From: an uncultured Prolixibacteraceae bacterium | Lineage (GTDB): Bacteria; Bacteroidota; Bacteroidia; Bacteroidales; FEN-979 | NCBI GenBank assembly: GCA_964525995.1 | Contig: CAZGIM010000021.1 | Span: 2,394-66,393 of the forward strand | Direction: 5' to 3' | Length of the DNA: 64,000 nucleotides | Shown here: positions 1-8,226 of the stretch, one piece after another | Layout: every line of letters starts with the position of its first letter | Numbering within the stretch: position 1 is the stretch's first letter | The notes under the pieces: model-generated | Seen by the model: the letters and a program-made list of their open reading frames with translations, nothing else | Told to the model about the DNA's origin: nothing | Databases searched by the model: none | Made by a program: the position numbers and the translations under genes

Positions 1-895
1 AATAGGTCCTTTGAAAGGTTTGAAGTGCCCGGATATAATCCCCCTGGCGGGCAAAGAAATCAGCATAGTTGAACCATGACATCACGGTTGTCATGCGGAT
101 TTCGCCGCGGGTTTTCGCGATCCGTTCGAAAATTTCCGTGTACAGCGCCGCGGCTGCCTGGAATTTCCCTGCATCTTCCAGGATGTTGCACAGGTTGTTC
201 AGGCATTTAACTGACTGAAAGTTATTCTTTCCATACTTTGCATCGAACACCGCAAGTGCTTTTTTCAGATAGAACACGGCGGAATCATGGCGTGCAAAAC
301 GTTTATGATACAGGGCAAGATACCTGTAAACGTTGCCCATCTCGAGGTTGTCAGGACCTCCGGTTTTTTCCCTGATCGCGCGAGCAGTGTGCAGGTAATA
401 ATAGCTAGTGTCTTTGTCTTTAAAACTTTCATGGTAGGTACCAAGCCATTCATAGATATTGGCGGTGTTGGGATGGACAAAGCCAAAACGGGCGACCGAC
501 AACCGGAGGGCTTTCTGAAAATACTCCTCGATTATGGAAGAGTTTGAAGCGATAAATCCGATAATGGCGAGGTTCAGGTAAAGATTGCCTACCTGCTGAT
601 GGTCAGGACCTAACGCTTTGACGGCCTGTGGGATATTTTCACGGATGATGGTTTCTGCTGTATCACATTCATGTTGCCAGTAATAGCATTCCACCACGTT
701 GTTGATCATCCTGAACCAGACCGAATCGTGCCGCGGGTATTGGCGGAGGAGGGTCGTGTAGATTCTGAGAGCCGGCACAAATTGTAATTCCGAGAATAAG
801 CGGTCGGCTGTTGAGATCGCTTCACGGTGGTTTTTATCAACCGGATTTTTACCTGTCAGCGATTCGCCGATGGCCCCGTGAACAGCCAGGATCAT
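1..895 (-). CDS. TPR-repeat protein, N-terminal ~298 codons (3' end lies beyond the window start)
   Basis: Absent from the ORF track because it stays open to position 1. My minus-strand translation from ATG 895..893 gives MILAVHGAIGESLTGKNP..., followed by several TPR_12-like units (LGPDHQQVGNLYLNLA, FGFVHPNTANIYEWLG, GGPDNLEMGNVYRYLA, YGKNNFQSVKCLNNLC). An in-frame TTG at 934 would add a hydrophobic signal-like segment. Confidence 0.6.
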   Translation of the reverse strand, partial: MILAVHGAIGESLTGKNPVDKNHREAISTADRLFSELQFVPALRIYTTLLRQYPRHDSVWFRMINNVVECYYWQHECDTAETIIRENIPQAVKALGPDHQQVGNLYLNLAIIGFIASNSSIIEEYFQKALRLSVARFGFVHPNTANIYEWLGTYHESFKDKDTSYYYLHTARAIREKTGGPDNLEMGNVYRYLALYHKRFARHDSAVFYLKKALAVFDAKYGKNNFQSVKCLNNLCNILEDAGKFQAAAALYTEIFERIAKTRGEIRMTTVMSWFNYADFFARQGDYIRALQTFQRTY

Positions 896-940
896 GAATA
901 ACCACGTAATGATGGCACATGGACAGGTTTTCAAGGAGTG

Positions 941-1705
941 TCAGTTGATGGCTTTCAGTAATTCGGTGGCTTTTCCCTGGTAAGGGTTGGGTGTGGCGAC
1001 GATTCTTTTCAGGACATCGGCAGCCTCAGTCTTTTTGTCCATGCGGATCCAGGCTAGCGCCAGGTACCATTGGGCAGGACTGGCAAAGAGGCTGCCTCCC
1101 CGGATGACGAATTCCAGTAGCTGAATGGCTATGCCGGTGTCTTTTCCGGATGCCAGCAGGGAGTTGGCAAGGTAAAAACCAAGGGTGTCATCTTTGGGAT
1201 TCAAAGCATTAAGTTTCGTGAAAATGGAAATGGCTGTATCGTAATTGGCATCGGCATAAACGATGAGCCCCGCCTGGAACAATGAATCATGGGAGGTCGG
1301 TCCTCGGCCGCTTTTAACGGTGAGGATATCGGGATAGGGGGTAAAATATTCTGAAAAGAGCGATTCAGTGTTTTTTTGTTTCTGTTTGTTGATGAATAAT
1401 ATTGAGATCCCTACCCCAAATAAGATCACTACGACGGCAGCAGCAAGCATTGTGTTTCGCTTGTAAACTGTCCGAAAAAGGGATAGTATGGAAGATGTTG
1501 CCGGTTCGGCCAATCCAACATGGTTGTTGAGCAGTCGTTGTACTGTGAGGATTTTTCTTTTACAGACCAGGCATTCTTCGCCATGACGGGCCACCGGCTC
1601 GGGAAGGGCAACCACGTTGTTTTCAGAGAGGGCATCGACCCAAAGGGCGCAGGCCTCCTCGTTCAGGTGTCCGTCAGGGTCAAACCAACCAGGTGGGGTT
1701 TTCAT
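941..1705 (-). CDS. anti-sigma-factor-like membrane protein (zf-HC2 motif, one TM helix, TPR ectodomain)
   Basis: H-x3-C-x2-C motif (HGEECLVC) about 40 aa from the N-terminus. One hydrophobic span (MLAAAVVVILFGVGISILFI) and C-terminal TPR-like helices. Overlaps the upstream sigma-like ORF by 26 nt. Confidence 0.6.
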   Translation of the reverse strand: MKTPPGWFDPDGHLNEEACALWVDALSENNVVALPEPVARHGEECLVCKRKILTVQRLLNNHVGLAEPATSSILSLFRTVYKRNTMLAAAVVVILFGVGISILFINKQKQKNTESLFSEYFTPYPDILTVKSGRGPTSHDSLFQAGLIVYADANYDTAISIFTKLNALNPKDDTLGFYLANSLLASGKDTGIAIQLLEFVIRGGSLFASPAQWYLALAWIRMDKKTEAADVLKRIVATPNPYQGKATELLKAIN

Positions 1706-2513
1706 GCTTTAATGGTATGTTAGTATTAGATGAATTGTCCAGTCCGTTTTGGATATTCTGATGTTGGTTCATGCAAAAATATTCATAAAGATATTGAAAC
1801 GTATCACGGGTAAAAGCATGTTCGGGGGGATCTCCGTTGAGCAGGTCTATGATTTGCAACATCCGTTCATCGGTCCACTTGCGGATTGCGTCGTCGGTGG
1901 TGGAAGTCTGTCGTGTGAGATGGAAAATAGTGTTAAGATGTTGATATACAACCGTTTTAGTCAGTTTTCCCTGATGGTTATTAAGCGCAGCCAAATGTTT
2001 TTCGATCTCCGGTCGGAGGTCTGCAGAGATGGGGGATGGAGAGAGGTCTTCCAGGGTCAGTGGGATGTGAAAAACAGCTTTAAAACAGAGTTCCATTCGT
2101 TTTCGATCGCGTGGATATGTTCGCAGGATCATTTCCAACTCCCCGATGGTATCATTTATTACCAATTGAGAGGAGGCGTCGGAGAGGATTTCAGGCAGAT
2201 TTAGGGCGGGGTCGGTATTGGTTTTTGATTTTTGGAAAAGGGTAAATGGGATAATTCGCCGGCGATGGCGGTAATCGGCATTCCATAACTCGCTGCACAG
2301 GTGGACGACCACCACAGAAAGGTAAGTGGTAAACTTTGCCTTTCCTTTGTAATTACCAAGGATATTTTTTTCTCTTACCAGGAGGAGTTCATTGATTTGT
2401 TGTGCTACTTCTTTCTCATGGTCGAGGTAGAACATGCCCTTGTGAATCAGAAAATTGCGGATAATTTTCCCAATCAGCGAGAGGTGCGAAAGAAAATAGT
2501 CGCCTGGGGGCAT
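1680..2513 (-). CDS. hypothetical protein, possible divergent ECF/sigma-70-like factor
   Basis: Only a region-2-like stretch is visible (KFTTYLSVVVVHLCSELW), plus translational coupling to a zf-HC2 anti-sigma-like gene. No clear region-4 HTH. At 277 aa it is longer than a typical ECF sigma. Confidence 0.35.
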   Translation of the reverse strand: MPPGDYFLSHLSLIGKIIRNFLIHKGMFYLDHEKEVAQQINELLLVREKNILGNYKGKAKFTTYLSVVVVHLCSELWNADYRHRRRIIPFTLFQKSKTNTDPALNLPEILSDASSQLVINDTIGELEMILRTYPRDRKRMELCFKAVFHIPLTLEDLSPSPISADLRPEIEKHLAALNNHQGKLTKTVVYQHLNTIFHLTRQTSTTDDAIRKWTDERMLQIIDLLNGDPPEHAFTRDTFQYLYEYFCMNQHQNIQNGLDNSSNTNIPLKHENPTWLV

Positions 2514-2609
2514 CGCCGGGTCTTTTGGATGAGAAGTGGCTGTCGGGCCTTTTCATAACACAGGGTAAAGTTAGATAATATTCAGATAAACCAAAAAAAA
2601 TTCAGAGCT

Positions 2610-2891
2610 TTAATGTTTGATGATTCTGATCGTTTCAATGACATCAGTATAACAAATGATAAGGATATAAATTCCAGATGGGTATCCTGCCAGAGAGAAT
2701 TTGTAGTTCAATAGATTTTGCCTGGTTTCCCTGAGAACCACCTGTCCCAACGAATTATACAGTTCAAACACAACAGAGTTGTTCTTACGTTTACCCGGAT
2801 CTATGACGGTTATAGTGCCGTTGGTAGGATTCGGAAAGACTGTAATGCGTTTCTTTCCCATGGTTATTGTTGTTTCTTGCTGATCAGTCAT
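2610..2891 (-). CDS. stand-alone T9SS C-terminal sorting domain (probable gene remnant)
   Basis: The 93-aa ORF is almost entirely a Por_Secre_tail-type CTD (VFPNPTNGTITV...GIYILIICY...IRIIKH). It has no signal peptide. An in-frame stop lies 2 codons upstream of the ATG. Confidence 0.45.
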   Translation of the reverse strand: MTDQQETTITMGKKRITVFPNPTNGTITVIDPGKRKNNSVVFELYNSLGQVVLRETRQNLLNYKFSLAGYPSGIYILIICYTDVIETIRIIKH

Positions 2892-3010
2892 GGATTACAC
2901 CATGGCAGACTTTTCCCTATTTCCGCAGATTACATCGCCGGCTATTCAGGCTGTGAAATGACTGCCTGAAAATGCCCTGGTTTCCGGCAACACGTTGATT
3001 TTTTGTCCGG

Positions 3011-3295
3011 TCAACAAGGTGACAGCGAAGATGTTTGTTGGTAGATGACCTTCCATTGGTTGTCTTTCTTGCTGAAAATGAATGTGATCCCAAACTTATC
3101 TGCTTTTAATTGCACATTTTGTTTAGTCATCATTTCAAATCTGCCAAACCATGAATAAATCACAATATTAACTGGCAAAAATCTGAAAGCTTCTTTGACA
3201 GGCATAACTTTCAAGGAAGAGAGCGTCATAAACCAATTTAAGTGTTCTTTTTTAGCCGTTTGAAAGTTGACCGTTACACCGTCGAGTGAAATCAC
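3011..3295 (-). CDS. hypothetical small protein (weak SnoaL/DUF4440-like C-terminal half)
   Basis: The tail ITFIFSKKDNQWKVIYQQTS resembles the last strands of NTF2-like/DUF4440 domains. ATGA overlap with the upstream giant gene. Short and uncertain. Confidence 0.3.
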   Translation of the reverse strand: MISLDGVTVNFQTAKKEHLNWFMTLSSLKVMPVKEAFRFLPVNIVIYSWFGRFEMMTKQNVQLKADKFGITFIFSKKDNQWKVIYQQTSSLSPC

Positions 3296-6200
3296 CTGAC
3301 TACCATTTTCTTTACAAAATATCTTTGCACTCTGTCATCGGTGTAAGTAATCCTGAGCGTGTACATACCAGGGATAAGGTCTTTTGTATCAATTTTCAGG
3401 GTGTATTTTCCTGGCTTCATCTCGTCATTCAGTACGATCCCAGAATTTATGCCGATGCTGTTAACAACAACAGCGGAAACATGGCCCGGCCTTCCAATCG
3501 TGAAGTCAAGATAGGATAAGGTTTCAGAGGGATTGGGATATATTTCACCAATCTGAAATCCATCGCTATCATTCTGATTTATGGGGATGATATTGGCTCC
3601 GGCAATTTTCAGTTCATAAGGCGACTCAATCGTACCTGATTCGGACAGTGAAGAAAATTCCATCCGGTTATTTACTTCATACATGGTCTTTTCTTTCGAG
3701 AGGTAGACCCTGAATCTCAACTGATCTCCGTTTTCGATGTCAGACCCTACACTTAGAAATATATGTCCATCAAGACCCGGAACCGGTGATGCCATCCCCC
3801 TACATTCATCGCCGCTGTAGACATAAACGATATCGCCCGGGTCGGTTGCCCTTATGTTGCCCGATAATGCAATTGCTGCGATGATTTGCATGGTATACTT
3901 CGGGTTTAAACCAGGGTAGTCGCCCGTTGGTGACAGCGTAAATCTTGTATTATCCTCACTTGCCGGTTCCGGCACCGATTGATCAAAACCTGTAGGATAA
4001 TTCAATACCGACGAATTAGATAAGGATATGATATACCCTTTACCCTTTTTCAAAGTGGTCAGACTCCCGACCCATTGGCTGCCGGTATACACAGAAAAAG
4101 TTGTTTGCGCTTCCATCCGGTCGTTCATTACCGGCGCCGGTATAATGCCTCCTAAAGCAGTATTGATTGGGAGATCTACCTGAGGCAGATAACCAATCCA
4201 GGGATATCCGCTTCCGATGGTAATGGGTAACATGGGTACAGGTTGTCCGACAACACACCACTTCTGCTGTGCACATAATTTTAGCTTGTACATAGCAGCG
4301 GGGTTAATCGTTTTAAGACTCCCCACCCAGTGACCCGAATAATAGACCGCAAAGGCTTGTTGTCCGATGATCCGGTCGTTCTCACAGACATTCAATCCTG
4401 AAAACAGTGGATCCAGAGCCATGGATCCCGGATTGACGTTAACAGAGAACCAGGTGTAACCAGCTCCGAAATCGATACATAATTCGATCAATCCGCAATG
4501 TAATTCGAACGGATCGGTTAAAGTGCCTATTTCAGAAGGATCGATGAAAGTGATGGTTTCTGCAATCGGACATTCCTCGCAAGAGGCTGACTTCCAAGCC
4601 TTGAAGGTGACTGCCTCGCCCGACTGGATATTGGAGGTAATAGTCAGGAAAACAATACCATTCATTGAAGGAACCGGGTGGGCCATGCCTCTGCATTCTT
4701 GGCCGACAAAAGCGCCTACTGCATCATACGGATTGATGGATAGAACGCTGGAAAGGTAAAGATTTGCAATTACATGCATGGAGTATTGCTGGTTTTGTAC
4801 GGGTTGCCAGGAGGGCTCACACGGTCCGGCGGCTTTCTGTATTATTGCAACCTGTACCGGGTCCGCTCCTGAAACTGTCACGGTTATAGTGGCCGTTCGT
4901 GCCGTTTGCAACGTGTTAACCGTGTAATTGGCCTCGATCGTGCCATTCCCGTTTCCGGTTGGCGTCACCGTGCACCAGGCCTGATTGCTCGAGGCCGTCC
5001 AGGGACAATTAGAAACAACAGTGTAGCTTACCAGGCCTTCAGGAGAGGCAGGAACAACCTGGCTGGCAGGTGTGACTGATAGTGTACAAATTACCTGAGT
5101 AGGATATACTGTGATCACGTAGGATGAATTCGGTCCCGTACATCCACTGGCGATCGGTGTGATGGTCACCGTCGCCGACACCGCCGCCGCTCCGGTATTG
5201 GTTGCGATAAATCCAGGCACATTACCTGAACCGGTTGCCTGCAATCCAATTGAAACGTTGTTGTTAATCCAGGAAAAACCGGTTCCGGACACAGGACCGG
5301 AAAGATAGGTAACTGGTGCAACATCTCCATTATAATAATTCTGGTTGACCACTGTAGTTACTATGGGTGTCGGATTGACCACAATGGTAAAGGTCAAGTC
5401 AGGTCCGGTACAGCCATTGGCTGCCGGAGTGATTGTAATCAATGCGATTGACGGCGTTGTCCCGGTGTTAATAGCAACGAAACCGGGAATGTCTCCTGAT
5501 CCGGAGGAGGGCAGGCCTATGGATGGATTGCTGTTTGTCCAGGTAAAGGTGGTTCCTGCGACAGGACCTGTCACTGAAACGGATGGGGTTGCTTCACCGT
5601 TGCAATAGTTCTGGTTTGTAATTGGATTGACAGTTGGGAGTGGTTGTACTGTAACAGATTTTGTTGCGGTACCGGTGCCACAACCGTTTGGATGGAGGTA
5701 ACTCACACTGACCGTCTGAGAACCAAGGCTGGTCCATGTGACCGTGATGGCAGGGGTTCCGGACCCCGAGGTTATGATCCCTCCCGAAGATACCGACCAA
5801 TTGTAAAACGACATTCCCACTTCGGTACTGTAAATGATGCCGGTTGTATTGACACATGCTACTGTTTGACCTGTGATGGTGGGAGCAGGCAATGGGTTAA
5901 CGCTTACATTCAGGGGAGGTGATTCAGGCCCGGTTCCGCAAGAATTCGTGCCTCTTACTTTGATCGCGCCTGATAAGGCACCGGATGTACAGGATACTGT
6001 AATTGAATTGGTGTTCCCGCCCGCGATGATGAAAAAGCCCTGCGGAAGCGTCCACTGGTAGCCTGTTGCATTCCCGATGGGGGCGCTGTAATAGTTTATT
6101 CCTGTTTGACCGGGACAGACCGATGTGGGGCCGGCAATAGGGTTGCCGGGATGAGGTAGACATGTTGTGATTTCGAACGAATCGCTCACAACTGAGCTAA

Positions 6201-7107
6201 AGGTCTTCAGACTGTCTTTAAAATGATAGTTGATGATATGACTACCCGTCGATAAAGCAGGAGTTGCAACGGAATCAATCAGATGAAAATACTTAACAGG
6301 AGTGGATAAGTTGATCATTGTTGCCGAAGAAAAATCATTATCAAACCAGTATCGGTATGCGATTATTTTATTGTTGATTGCTGATGTTACCTGATCTTTC
6401 ATGAAATACTGGGTAAGCACCGCACTCCATTCGCCCATGCTGTCCTTAAACCGAAAGTGGAGCAGATGAAAACCGACAGGAGTGGAGCTAAGATCGAGAT
6501 TGGCGTTTAGGTAAAAATACTGTGACGGTGTTACATTCTGTACGATCTTATTGCCGTAACCGCCGTCTACCCAATATTCATATGCAACGATCTGTTTGGG
6601 TACAATTACATTCTCAGGATACTTCATAAAATATTGGGTGAGCACACTGCTCCATTCACCCGTATTGTCTTTGAACCTAATGTTCAGTAAGTGAAACCCG
6701 GCACTATATGCGCTCAAGTCAAGAGTAGTGTTCAAGCGGTAATATTGTGAAGGAGTAACACTCTGGCTTACTCTGCTGCCATATCCGTTATCCACCCAAT
6801 ACTCGTATGCCATGATCTGTTTAGCAACAGACACATTCTGAGGGTATTTCATAAAATACTGGGAGACCACACTGCTCCAGACGTTCGCGGTATCGGCAAA
6901 CCGGATGTGAAGCATATGAAATCCTTCGCTGACCTGGCTTACCGGAAAGGTTGTAACAAGATGAAGGTTTTGTGTAGGAGTTATTGAAGTAACCACCTTG
7001 CCGGTAATGTTATCGTCCACCCAGTATTCATATTTCTTAACCTTGTTCTGTGCCTGCAGAGCGCCAAAGATATGCAGCATGATGATCCATACCAGTATCT
7101 TTTTCAT
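3292..7107 (-). CDS. T9SS-secreted multidomain surface protein (paralog 2 of the giant adhesin-like pair)
   Basis: Signal peptide MKKILVWIIMLHIFGALQAQ. Four ~85-aa YEYWVD repeats, two PKD-like Cys-bracketed modules, and two modules ending in GCTGP. One BACON-like module (CTLSVTP..WCTV..RTATITVTV). Two ECRG modules flank two WVGSL repeats. T9SS CTD (IYPNPSETLSYLDF...GMYTLRITY). Confidence 0.85.
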   Translation of the reverse strand: MKKILVWIIMLHIFGALQAQNKVKKYEYWVDDNITGKVVTSITPTQNLHLVTTFPVSQVSEGFHMLHIRFADTANVWSSVVSQYFMKYPQNVSVAKQIMAYEYWVDNGYGSRVSQSVTPSQYYRLNTTLDLSAYSAGFHLLNIRFKDNTGEWSSVLTQYFMKYPENVIVPKQIVAYEYWVDGGYGNKIVQNVTPSQYFYLNANLDLSSTPVGFHLLHFRFKDSMGEWSAVLTQYFMKDQVTSAINNKIIAYRYWFDNDFSSATMINLSTPVKYFHLIDSVATPALSTGSHIINYHFKDSLKTFSSVVSDSFEITTCLPHPGNPIAGPTSVCPGQTGINYYSAPIGNATGYQWTLPQGFFIIAGGNTNSITVSCTSGALSGAIKVRGTNSCGTGPESPPLNVSVNPLPAPTITGQTVACVNTTGIIYSTEVGMSFYNWSVSSGGIITSGSGTPAITVTWTSLGSQTVSVSYLHPNGCGTGTATKSVTVQPLPTVNPITNQNYCNGEATPSVSVTGPVAGTTFTWTNSNPSIGLPSSGSGDIPGFVAINTGTTPSIALITITPAANGCTGPDLTFTIVVNPTPIVTTVVNQNYYNGDVAPVTYLSGPVSGTGFSWINNNVSIGLQATGSGNVPGFIATNTGAAAVSATVTITPIASGCTGPNSSYVITVYPTQVICTLSVTPASQVVPASPEGLVSYTVVSNCPWTASSNQAWCTVTPTGNGNGTIEANYTVNTLQTARTATITVTVSGADPVQVAIIQKAAGPCEPSWQPVQNQQYSMHVIANLYLSSVLSINPYDAVGAFVGQECRGMAHPVPSMNGIVFLTITSNIQSGEAVTFKAWKSASCEECPIAETITFIDPSEIGTLTDPFELHCGLIELCIDFGAGYTWFSVNVNPGSMALDPLFSGLNVCENDRIIGQQAFAVYYSGHWVGSLKTINPAAMYKLKLCAQQKWCVVGQPVPMLPITIGSGYPWIGYLPQVDLPINTALGGIIPAPVMNDRMEAQTTFSVYTGSQWVGSLTTLKKGKGYIISLSNSSVLNYPTGFDQSVPEPASEDNTRFTLSPTGDYPGLNPKYTMQIIAAIALSGNIRATDPGDIVYVYSGDECRGMASPVPGLDGHIFLSVGSDIENGDQLRFRVYLSKEKTMYEVNNRMEFSSLSESGTIESPYELKIAGANIIPINQNDSDGFQIGEIYPNPSETLSYLDFTIGRPGHVSAVVVNSIGINSGIVLNDEMKPGKYTLKIDTKDLIPGMYTLRITYTDDRVQRYFVKKMVVR

Positions 7108-7161
7108 TTCCTTTGGGTTTAGGTCGTAATGAAACCTTTCGTATTATATACCAAATCGGGT

Positions 7162-8199
7162 CTACCGGTCCTGGGCTGAGACTTTCATATCGACCGACAG
7201 ATTACCGGTAGGGCTGACTACTGTACCGATGTTTTTACTGCCGATATGTGGATTAAAGGGCATGGCAGCCTCTTTATATGGGTATAACGTTCCATAAATT
7301 CCAAGATCGGTGCCGTCGGTGCCATAATTTTTAGCAGGGCTTGAAGATAGTAAGTGATAGTTATTGGCATAGGAAAAGTTCGTGGTGGTGGCGTTTACAA
7401 AAGTGTTCACGGCCATTTGATCCGAAAGATTATTGTTGCAGACGTTGGTCGATCCGCAGTTATAATTTCCTCCCCCCAGAATGCTTGTGGTACAAAAAAG
7501 ATTGTTGTTGTACACGGAATTGCTCCCCAAGGAAATCGTATATGAAGTGCTCGCAATGATGATATTATTGTTGATAATACTGTTGTCAACATTAAGTGAG
7601 GAACTGCAATAGAAAATATTATTATTGAAGACAGCCGGGGATGAATAATATAATCCTGACCTGAAAATATTTTTTTCAAACAGAATGGATGAGACTTCCC
7701 CATACACTGATGGATCAATGACATTTTCACGAACGATGATCCCCTGAGACGTTGATGTACCACTGTAATTCAGGTACAACGATACGATATAACATCGTTC
7801 TATACGGTAGTTGTTTACAGTCTGGTTATTGGCAGTAGTCCCGAATGATATACTATTCAACTTACATCCGCTGATGGAACCGTTGTCGGCGCCGGTAATC
7901 AAGGTAATATAACTGACAATGGTTGGATTTGTGGCTATGGTAGAATCGGGATAATGACCCGCTCCCACGATAGTCAGTTTTTTATTAATGATTACCTGTG
8001 ATGCAGGATTAATGCCGCCTCCCGGTAAATAGATCGTATCCCCGGCTGCCGCTGCAGTGACCGCGGCCGTAAGATCTCCGTAAAATGCAGCATTCCCGTT
8101 GTGCATGACGGTTATTTTTGACACCTGTCCCATCGTCGCTTGCGCGAAAATCATAACGAATAATGCCATGAGGCATGTTAGTTTGAATTCGATTTTCAT
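7162..8199 (-). CDS. secreted right-handed parallel beta-helix repeat protein (paralog 2)
   Basis: Signal peptide. N-terminal cap GDTIYLPGGG...KKLTIVGAG typical of pectate-lyase-fold proteins, followed by N/I/S-rich ~22-aa coils (NNNIF, NNNII, NNNLF). Collinear with 14956..16008. Confidence 0.75.
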   Translation of the reverse strand: MKIEFKLTCLMALFVMIFAQATMGQVSKITVMHNGNAAFYGDLTAAVTAAAAGDTIYLPGGGINPASQVIINKKLTIVGAGHYPDSTIATNPTIVSYITLITGADNGSISGCKLNSISFGTTANNQTVNNYRIERCYIVSLYLNYSGTSTSQGIIVRENVIDPSVYGEVSSILFEKNIFRSGLYYSSPAVFNNNIFYCSSSLNVDNSIINNNIIIASTSYTISLGSNSVYNNNLFCTTSILGGGNYNCGSTNVCNNNLSDQMAVNTFVNATTTNFSYANNYHLLSSSPAKNYGTDGTDLGIYGTLYPYKEAAMPFNPHIGSKNIGTVVSPTGNLSVDMKVSAQDR

Positions 8200-8226
8200 G
8201 ATTTTGAGTTTTTCACCGATTTAAAT

